From the NCBI GenBank assembly GCA_000999095.1, contig LCFP01000005.1, positions 36,945-100,944 on the forward strand: DNA of 64,000 bases, given 5' to 3'. Positions 57,073-64,000 of this stretch are shown in pieces. Below the pieces are notes generated by a model that worked only from the letters and a program-made list of their open reading frames with translations, was not told where the DNA came from and searched no databases. Origin of the DNA: Candidatus Gottesmanbacteria bacterium GW2011_GWA2_43_14 (GTDB lineage Bacteria > Patescibacteriota > Microgenomatia > 2-02-FULL-39-11). Made by a program: the position numbers and the translations under genes. Numbering within the stretch: position 1 is the stretch's first letter; each line of letters opens with the position of its first letter.

Positions 57073-58830
57073 TCAGAGTTCTCGCAAATTCTCCAATTCC
57101 TGTCTGACTTTGGGCTGGTCGGGAGAATTGGGGGGAAGTAACTTCAGGGTTTCCTCAAACTCTCTCTTAGCTTCATCATTTTTACCCTGGTTCTTTAAAA
57201 CTAAACCTAAGTTGTAACGGGCAGAGGGCAAGTCCTTTTTAAGGCTAACCGCACGGCGGAATGCATCTTCGGCTTCAGGGTTTAGATCCCGTGAGTAATA
57301 TAAAGCACCTAAAGTGAGATAACTGTTCGGATTGGCAGGATCAAGCTTTATTTTCTGCTGAGCCGCTTCGATAGCCCAGTCTTCAGAGCCTATAGCAAAA
57401 TTCTTTAATGACCCATAGATTTTACTTAAGTTATCCCAGGAGACGGCATTTTGCCTGTTTAAACTTACGGCTGTCCGCGCTTCTTCGATGGCCTGCTGGG
57501 CCAGTTTGGTCACCTTCTGTTTGTTATCGGCGCTTTGAGTAGCGATTTGACCGAAAGAATCGGCCAGGGCCAGGGAAGTCCGGGATAAAGCCAGGTGATA
57601 TTTGTCCGTAAACGGATTTAAGATGACGGCGTTTCTTTGCCGGTTATATATAAAAGCTCCATTCTTTTCAGTCAGTAAGTCATAAGATGATTTGAAATAA
57701 TACTCAGCCAAATAATTGCGGACGGAAAGATAGCCGTTTAAAAGAAGCATGGTCAGAAAAAGAACAGGCAACAAGTAAACCGTAAAAATGGGGAGGTTCC
57801 AGGTATTTTGATTTGATGAATCAGAAGTATTCAGGGTGAAAGCCATTAAGACAAAAGCCAAATACAGGAGTGTCATATTGGCCGGGAAAAATGCCAGCAA
57901 AAATAGCAGAGTGAGGAGGCTTAAGGCAACGGGTGGATTTTGCCGCAGGTTTCTGATTGCCAGAGCCACGAGAAGGAGATAAAAAATACCTGTCAGTATG
58001 CCGCCTTCGGTAAGAAGGTTAAGTAAAAATGAGGAAGAACTGGTAAAAGTAACATTCCAGTTGGGCGTATAGTTTATCTCAGCAGGTTTATAGCGGGTAA
58101 AGGCCGTCAGATATTGGCCGGGTCCAACTCCAAAAAGAAATTCTTTGGGATCGGCCGTCATCTTTCCCAAAATCGAGACGGCTGTTTGATGTGGCAAAAG
58201 TAGAGCTTTCTGGTCAGTTGTCAAATGAAAAGCCAAAAAGAGGCCTGCTGATGCCATAAGTATAAGTGCGATTAAATAAAGAATAATATGTTTCATTTCT
58301 TTATAGTTTGAAGCAATAAGCGTCAACAAATAGACAGAAAGAACAGATATGTAAATTGCGCTTGCCAATAGACTGCCGGATGGCAGAATAACGGTCCTGG
58401 GTAAAATCCCGAGATAAATAAAGATTACCTCCAGGCTGACAAGAACAGCGCCTAGAAGAGTCAGTTCCAGATATTTTTGCCGGAATGTAAGATTGTTGGT
58501 GCCGGCTAAAACCAGAAAAAGCAGAAAAAAGAGCCAGAGGCTGCCAACTGAAGCCGGTGTCGTTACAGCCGAAATAAAATCCGCTGACGAAAACAGTCCC
58601 GAGACAGTAAAAAGACTGATCATAAAAAGGAGAGTGAGAATGAAAGGATTGGCGGGTTTTTTAATTTTCCTTTTTTTAAAAATGGAGATTGAGGCTAGAA
58701 AAAGTAACAGTGGAACAAAGACTGCCAAAAGGGTCAGTTTGGACACTTCTGTCGGATCATAAGTCAGGTAGAGGTAAGTCAAGGGAAATATAAAGCTTAA
58801 AATAAGAAGGACATTTGTTATCATAAGCAT
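57073..58830 (-). CDS. Polytopic membrane protein with C-terminal TPR repeats (O-antigen ligase/polymerase-like)
   Basis: About 10-12 TM helices followed by three or more TPR-like repeats (LGALYYSRDLNPEAEDAFRRAVSLKKDLPSARYNLGLVLKNQGKNDEAKREFEETLKL). Confidence 0.45.
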   Translation of the reverse strand: MLMITNVLLILSFIFPLTYLYLTYDPTEVSKLTLLAVFVPLLLFLASISIFKKRKIKKPANPFILTLLFMISLFTVSGLFSSADFISAVTTPASVGSLWLFFLLFLVLAGTNNLTFRQKYLELTLLGAVLVSLEVIFIYLGILPRTVILPSGSLLASAIYISVLSVYLLTLIASNYKEMKHIILYLIALILMASAGLFLAFHLTTDQKALLLPHQTAVSILGKMTADPKEFLFGVGPGQYLTAFTRYKPAEINYTPNWNVTFTSSSSFLLNLLTEGGILTGIFYLLLVALAIRNLRQNPPVALSLLTLLFLLAFFPANMTLLYLAFVLMAFTLNTSDSSNQNTWNLPIFTVYLLPVLFLTMLLLNGYLSVRNYLAEYYFKSSYDLLTEKNGAFIYNRQRNAVILNPFTDKYHLALSRTSLALADSFGQIATQSADNKQKVTKLAQQAIEEARTAVSLNRQNAVSWDNLSKIYGSLKNFAIGSEDWAIEAAQQKIKLDPANPNSYLTLGALYYSRDLNPEAEDAFRRAVSLKKDLPSARYNLGLVLKNQGKNDEAKREFEETLKLLPPNSPDQPKVRQELENLREL

Positions 58831-59144
58831 GACATATCAAAACGGCATTCAAGGCTTTGACTGACTTCAACACAGCGGGACAGATAACCGCAGGACATGC
58901 CGAGGCTACCTGATCCGCATAAGCGGCAAAAACCGCATTGGTTTTTCCGGCAAACAGGGTTCCGGTTAAGCGTTTCATAAGAAGCGCCTAATATGTTTAC
59001 AGAATAGTCGGTTTGGGATTGCCTCTGCCAGCGGGATTTTTGTCCGATCTGTGAAAAAATGACCGCCGCCGTAATAGCTAAAATGACCACAACCACAAGC
59101 AGGATTTCAAAACGGGATGAATGCAAATTTTCCGTACTGTTCAT
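58821..59144 (-). CDS. Small membrane-anchored cysteine-rich protein (hypothetical)
   Basis: 107 aa with a single N-terminal TM helix (FEILLVVVVILAITAAVIF) and more than 8 Cys in the C-terminal half. Not a canonical prepilin: there is no G-F/M-x-x-x-E motif. Confidence 0.35.
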   Translation of the reverse strand: MNSTENLHSSRFEILLVVVVILAITAAVIFSQIGQKSRWQRQSQTDYSVNILGASYETLNRNPVCRKNQCGFCRLCGSGSLGMSCGYLSRCVEVSQSLECRFDMSCL

Positions 59145-59163
59145 AACTGATTATTATAATCCT

Positions 59164-62100
59164 TTAATTTACCAGCCACCAATTGAAATATAAGTCACTG
59201 TTGATAGCTTCGTTTAAGGCTACTTTAAAATATTTTTTGCAGGCGGGATTATTTAACCCCGGTTTAGCTGATGGGCAGGTTTCCTTGCCGGCCAGATAAA
59301 GGCTTTTGCCCTCCGTATCTGAAGCCGGAGTCAGGTAAATGAGTGTTTTATCCGTAAGATTGTCATTGAAAACCGTAATTTCAATATTGTTGGCAGGCAA
59401 ATAATCCGCGCCGATCGATCCCTTGCTATATACTCCCGGAGTATTGATTCCGTTCTGCAGGAAGTTGTCGACCGCCGTAAGCAAAGTTTTACCAGATGTG
59501 CCTTCTTCGACGGATAAGTCCAATTTAGCGGTTGAAAGCGTGCCGGCAACGGAAGCATTGCCTTCGACAATCAATGTGCCGGCACCGCCGATACGTCCTG
59601 CTTCAGAGGAAGAAGGTGTCTGGTCCAGTTTGATAGTAAGGTTATCATTTTGTGCGTAAATTTCCTTTGTCACGATGCCTTTTTCAGCCAAAATCTGTCC
59701 CCGGACAGTTAAGTTGCCTTCCCGGTCGACGACCACCTGTCCACCCATCAGGTCAATCGCTTTTTGGGAAGTCAAATACAAAAAATCAGACAGTGAAGCC
59801 AATTGACTGCTTTCCATTACCAGTTGGCCGTCTACCATGAGTTGGCCGGCAACTGTCGTATCCGCCAGTGAAGATGTGCCTGTCACTTTCAGGCTGTTTA
59901 GCGCCCGTTCCGACAAGGTTATATCTTCTTCAACTCCGATCAGATTATCCGAGGGCAGGGTGACGGCCGCAATTTGCGCGGATGAACTGGCAATATAGGC
60001 GGATACCCTTTCATAAAGAGAAAGAAGGGAAGCTGTATTTTGATGAGTGTCACTTATAATTTGAGCGTGTTGGTCGGCGATTGCATCAGTAGGAGTTATT
60101 TTTTCAGCCGGAAGTGCCGGTGTTACCGATATGTCCCAGCCAGGAGCGGAGATACTGGGGGGAGCGGGAGTTGTTGAAGCGCTGGCGCTGGATTCAAACT
60201 GGGAAAGCCGCTCATTCAGTTGGCCGAAAGAGTTGTTTAAATTATCCAGCTTGGATGATTTAATGTCATCGGCAAAGAGCGTACCGCTGACGGTAGCCGA
60301 GCCTGATAGACTGCTGTTTTTAGCTGTTAAATCACCGGACAAATCCAAATCTCCTTGCGTATTTAACGTCAGCAGTTCTTCGTTGGGCCCCTTTATTTTC
60401 AATTGTCCTGAACCTGAGGCTAAATCAATGACAAGGTCCTGTTCGGGGAATGGTTCAATCGTGCCTGCGGTCAGATTGGAAGTGGTAATATTTTCAGCCT
60501 CAATCACAGGTGAGTTGATGGTTTGGGCTTTAAGGTTTCCGACAATGAGGTATTCCAGATTGCTCCGTGCGAAACTTAACGCCTGCGAAAACTGTGAAAA
60601 AGCTTCGTCAATAGCTCCTGATAATATATCAAAAGATATGAAATTATCCCTATCGTTGTCAGGTGTTGGTGACCCTGGATCGAACCAGGAATACTGGACA
60701 AAAACCAGGATGATTCCGGTCTGATTGGTAAAATCTTCAAGCGCCCTGCCGATTACCGGACCTTTATTTAAAGCTTTCACCGCGTGACCGGGAACAACCG
60801 AAGAAGTCAGTGGGTCGCCTATTTGAATGGGTCCGTTGAGTGCGGATACTTTGGCAGGCACCCTCCCCACCAATCCGACAGTTTTTAAGGATATGTCTTC
60901 ATTGTTCTCCTGTTTGCCTCCGATAAAACCGGCTCTATCCGTAACAAAACCTATCATTTTCTGACTCTGATTTGTTTGTGTCCGGCGGACTTTAGGGAGA
61001 TTGGCGGCAAGATCCGAGCCTTCGGCGATTTCCACCAGATCACCGATTTCCAGGTTGTCGGAAGAATCAAAGACCTCGGCAAAGTCCGTGCCTCCGGAAG
61101 AGAATGATGAAGCATTGGTCAAAATTGAACCGGTGCCTGTTGTGTCGGCTACAATGAAATATGATTCCTGGTCCTCATGGTTTGACGTAGTTGAGGGATA
61201 AAAACGGCCGGAATCGATGAAAAGATCTCCGCTGACCATCAAATCACCCGAGTTGCCGGTGGCTATCCAGTTTGATCCGTTCCAGAAATAAAGCTGGTTG
61301 TCGCTGGTGTTGAAATATAAAGCACCGTTACCCGCGTTTGAGGGAGCAGAGGAATAGCTGCCTGTTCTTAACTGGCCGCCTGACAAGATATGGTCACCAG
61401 CTTCGATTTTGCCTCCGGCTTTGGCATCGCCTGAAGTCAGAATAATGTTGGAATTTGGCGATATGCGCAAATTGTTGATTGCCGCAAGTCCTGAGGTAAA
61501 ACGCATCCAGCCATTTGAGATCTTGGGTATATCAGTCTGAATATTGGTATTCACCCTGGCAGAATTGTTGTCAAGGTCAAAGCGGATAGTGTCTGAAATG
61601 AAACGGATATAGCCGTGGTGCCAGCTGTTATTGGTCCAGGTCAGGGAGGAAGAAGCAAGATCGGTGCAGGTGCCTGTGCATTTCTCAATTTTCATGCTGC
61701 CGTCAGTGTCCCAGTTGAACCGGTAAAACTTTGAGCCTTCGCTGTTTATATTGGCATCGATAATAATTTTTCCGGTTCCGCTCTTAAAATCGAATTCGAC
61801 AGTCGTGTCTTTGGTAAAGTCAAAAGATACCGGTAGGGCATTACCCTTGGAAGAGAAAAAACCCAGGCCTCCGTCATTGATAAGACCGCTGATAGTCAAA
61901 GGCGAATTGATTAAAATTCCCGAGGCGCTGGCTTCAAAAATATTGGAAATTTTCAGGTCTCCGGCAATATTGGTATTTCCGGTAGCGTCAACGGAAAATT
62001 TCACGGTTGAAGGGTCACCGGAGAGCAGTTCCAGCAGATTGTAACCGGCAGTTAAGGATGAGCCTGCTGCTGAAATCAGGCTGTTTGATATCAGGTTGGG

Positions 62101-63507
62101 CGCTTTGAGGTTTAAAAGCCCTGATCCTGATGCCGGGATAAAACCCGAGAAGTCAAGATTTACTGTACCATTTTGATCCGGTTTTAAGCTGATTGACCCG
62201 TTTGATCCGGTAACCGTAGACAGGAGCAGGTTCACACCTTCGATGCTAAATTGGCCTGCAGTTGATTTAATCAATGGAGAGGAAGCGGATATTATCAGCC
62301 TGCCGTTTTCGTCAATGAAAGGAATGGTACTTATTCCGGCAGGGGATTCCGGCCCAAGCCCCTGCAATTTTTCACTGTTCAGAGCATATCCTACCGAGGC
62401 TATCTGTTGTCTGGGCGACATCTCTTGGTCGGTGCCGGCAGTAATACCAAGAAAGGCAGATGTATTTTCCGAAAAAACGTCTGATGAAATCTCTGTCCCG
62501 CAATTTGAGCCTATCAGAGTATAGAAAATACCATTTTGATCCGGTGATAAGGGACAATAACCTGAGTCATACAGGTTATTGCCGCCGGTAGCCTGGTCCC
62601 AGATCCGGAAGCGGAGTTGAGTCTTATTTACTATAGGGCTACCCGAATTATCAGTTAACCTTCCCTGAAAATTTAGTATTCTCGACGGCCGGGCAGTTTG
62701 ATTGGCTATAGCCATTGGCTGGGACGGCTGAATAAAAAGCTGTTGATATAATCCGATACCTATGGATAGTGATAATAAAGAGGTGATAAAGATCGTGAAA
62801 ATCCACTTTATACTGCTTGTGAAGTTAAAGAATTCTGTTATTGAATTTTTAGACGCGGATTGTTGTAAATGGCTTAAGGTAGAATCTGGGCTTTCCGGTT
62901 TAGGTTTTATTTCGGATATATTGACTATATTTTTGGAAGGGATGATTTTTTTCATGATCCATTTTCTGAAGGAGTTAATAGATGATAATTTTCTATTGAG
63001 GGAACTGGGCATGACTCCGACGGAGTTTTCCTGAAACTCCATAAACCGGTCGATAATATCCTTTGATATATTAAAGTCTTTTAATTCTGTTTCGGCGAAA
63101 GTAAGAAATTGTTGAATATCAGATTTATAATTTCTAATTGTGGAGGATGAGAATTTCTTTTTCCCTAAATAATCAAGGTATGACTTAAGTAATTTATGAT
63201 AGTCTTTGATGTTATCTTTACCATTCACATTAGTAGAATTCACTTCAGAGTGGGCGATAAAGGATGAGAGATATGTGGCAAATTCGTCATAGTTTTTATC
63301 ATGCGGAAACATATTTTTAAAGGTATTTTTAAATCGTTTGAGCCTGTGAAAACTATATATTTGTTTTTGATCTGATTTGATAGGCTCACCGGACAGCTTA
63401 AGGAACGTGTGAAAATCACTGAATAACCGCAAATTCAGCTTTCTTGCCTTGCGGGAAATCCTAAGGGAATTAAGGTATTTTTTAAATTTAGCTTCAATAT
63501 TAGACAT
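59164..63507 (-). CDS. Giant (1447-aa) single-pass membrane/surface protein: cytoplasmic N-terminal domain resembling a tyrosine-recombinase core-binding SAM-like fold, one TM helix, then a Ser/Thr/Gly/Asn-rich repetitive extracellular region (beta-helix/fibre-like)
   Basis: Residues ~100-190 (HKLLKSYLDYLGKKKFSSSTIRNYKSDIQQFLTFAE...MPSSLNRKLSSINSFRKWIMKK) match the integrase N-terminal core-binding pattern. The TM helix is IFTIFITSLLSLSIGIGLY. The remaining ~1200 aa is low-complexity and repeat-rich. Confidence 0.65.
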   Translation of the reverse strand: MSNIEAKFKKYLNSLRISRKARKLNLRLFSDFHTFLKLSGEPIKSDQKQIYSFHRLKRFKNTFKNMFPHDKNYDEFATYLSSFIAHSEVNSTNVNGKDNIKDYHKLLKSYLDYLGKKKFSSSTIRNYKSDIQQFLTFAETELKDFNISKDIIDRFMEFQENSVGVMPSSLNRKLSSINSFRKWIMKKIIPSKNIVNISEIKPKPESPDSTLSHLQQSASKNSITEFFNFTSSIKWIFTIFITSLLSLSIGIGLYQQLFIQPSQPMAIANQTARPSRILNFQGRLTDNSGSPIVNKTQLRFRIWDQATGGNNLYDSGYCPLSPDQNGIFYTLIGSNCGTEISSDVFSENTSAFLGITAGTDQEMSPRQQIASVGYALNSEKLQGLGPESPAGISTIPFIDENGRLIISASSPLIKSTAGQFSIEGVNLLLSTVTGSNGSISLKPDQNGTVNLDFSGFIPASGSGLLNLKAPNLISNSLISAAGSSLTAGYNLLELLSGDPSTVKFSVDATGNTNIAGDLKISNIFEASASGILINSPLTISGLINDGGLGFFSSKGNALPVSFDFTKDTTVEFDFKSGTGKIIIDANINSEGSKFYRFNWDTDGSMKIEKCTGTCTDLASSSLTWTNNSWHHGYIRFISDTIRFDLDNNSARVNTNIQTDIPKISNGWMRFTSGLAAINNLRISPNSNIILTSGDAKAGGKIEAGDHILSGGQLRTGSYSSAPSNAGNGALYFNTSDNQLYFWNGSNWIATGNSGDLMVSGDLFIDSGRFYPSTTSNHEDQESYFIVADTTGTGSILTNASSFSSGGTDFAEVFDSSDNLEIGDLVEIAEGSDLAANLPKVRRTQTNQSQKMIGFVTDRAGFIGGKQENNEDISLKTVGLVGRVPAKVSALNGPIQIGDPLTSSVVPGHAVKALNKGPVIGRALEDFTNQTGIILVFVQYSWFDPGSPTPDNDRDNFISFDILSGAIDEAFSQFSQALSFARSNLEYLIVGNLKAQTINSPVIEAENITTSNLTAGTIEPFPEQDLVIDLASGSGQLKIKGPNEELLTLNTQGDLDLSGDLTAKNSSLSGSATVSGTLFADDIKSSKLDNLNNSFGQLNERLSQFESSASASTTPAPPSISAPGWDISVTPALPAEKITPTDAIADQHAQIISDTHQNTASLLSLYERVSAYIASSSAQIAAVTLPSDNLIGVEEDITLSERALNSLKVTGTSSLADTTVAGQLMVDGQLVMESSQLASLSDFLYLTSQKAIDLMGGQVVVDREGNLTVRGQILAEKGIVTKEIYAQNDNLTIKLDQTPSSSEAGRIGGAGTLIVEGNASVAGTLSTAKLDLSVEEGTSGKTLLTAVDNFLQNGINTPGVYSKGSIGADYLPANNIEITVFNDNLTDKTLIYLTPASDTEGKSLYLAGKETCPSAKPGLNNPACKKYFKVALNEAINSDLYFNWWLVN

Positions 63508-64000
63508 TTTTTACATCCGCTCCCCTATAGTTTTAGTATTTACAATAATAATAAGATTGTCAATAGCCTGGTGATGCAGTTAGGAGATATTCAGTGTGCC
63601 TGAAATTTAGAATTGACAAATAAATAACACGATATATTTCACGATTTCCCGCAATATGTTTTCGCTTGAATTAATACATCTTAATATATCAATTAACTAC
63701 GGGGTAGAGATTAAGCGGGTTGATATCTTTTGATGCTTTAAAACCCTAAAAAAGAGATTGAACCAATTAAGTTTTTTATAAATCGAAGTTGTCAGTGGTC
63801 AAAATCAGCTTAAAAGAGATTTATTATAATTACTATAGGGGAATTAATATGTAAGATAAGATGATCTTGATGTAAAGCCTGATTTTTTACCACTAAAGAA
63901 GATACTATAAGCTATTTAAGAATTTTTACGGTTTATTATCTGATTATTACCTCCAAAGAGCGTAAATCTTAAAGAAAGCATAAATTCAATTGTTAGCAGA

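Noticed and set aside
58821-59144. Type IV prepilin call for the small Cys-rich protein (FEILLVVVV N-terminus)
   Set aside because: Lacks the G-F/M-T-L-I-E processing motif (no Gly before Phe, Glu at the wrong position). Kept only as a membrane-anchored hypothetical.
60131-62524. Several plus-strand ORFs (60131-60724, 61751-62044, 62243-62524)
   Set aside because: Antisense to the 1447-aa minus-strand ORF. Low-complexity Ser/Gly-rich sequence keeps reverse frames open.
1-64000. Search for CRISPR arrays, rRNA genes, IS elements and integrase or transposase catalytic domains
   Set aside because: No regularly spaced direct repeats, no rRNA-like conserved stretches, and no DDE or tyrosine-recombinase catalytic motifs (R..H..R..Y) were seen. 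The only integrase-like sequence is the non-catalytic N-terminal domain of the giant protein.

Overview
This 64 kb window reads as a low-GC bacterial locus, possibly from a Candidate Phyla Radiation (CPR)/Patescibacteria-like genome, and is dominated by envelope glycosylation genes. I found no rRNA, CRISPR array, transposase or integrase catalytic domain.

Main content, in order:
- **Fic gene and tRNA-Ala(GGC)** near the window start, preceded by a GC-rich structured element I could not identify.
- **Carbamoyltransferase operon** (2.3-4.5 kb) with a small membrane protein resembling the SxtJ family and a 57-aa DUF5989-like ORF that is missing from the supplied ORF track.
- **NAD-salvage operon** (4.6-8.5 kb): an NrtR-like Nudix regulator, pncB, an MFS transporter (NiaP-like) and a nicotinamidase-like isochorismatase. 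A perfect 7-5-7 palindrome sits over the pncB ribosome-binding site.
- **Glycosylation super-cluster** (about 9.6-58.8 kb):
  - At least six paralogs of a ~540-aa polytopic membrane protein family with a conserved C-terminal domain, read here as putative GT-C fold glycosyltransferases.
  - Several PMT/ArnT-like GT-C proteins, one carrying a C-terminal NPCBM-like carbohydrate-binding domain.
  - Four GT2 genes, three of them DPM1/GtrB-like.
  - Two SAM methyltransferases.
  - A heptose-type sugar-nucleotide module: split transketolase, GmhA, a reverse-order HldE-like fusion, a HAD phosphatase, a kinase and four SDR epimerases.
  - An Ara4N-like module: a DegT aminotransferase, a GNAT-formyltransferase fusion and a PMT/ArnT-like transferase.
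  - An SGNH hydrolase and an O-antigen-ligase-like membrane protein with TPR repeats.
- **Two VapBC toxin-antitoxin pairs**.
- **AT-rich inserts**: a DUF3800 gene (56.3-56.9 kb) with a near-consensus promoter, and a pentapeptide-repeat-like gene (52.7-53.5 kb).
- **A 1447-aa surface protein** (59.2-63.5 kb) whose N-terminus resembles a tyrosine-recombinase core-binding domain but which has no catalytic domain.

Functional calls rest on motif recognition in the translated ORFs plus neighbourhood logic; no database searches or structure predictions were run.
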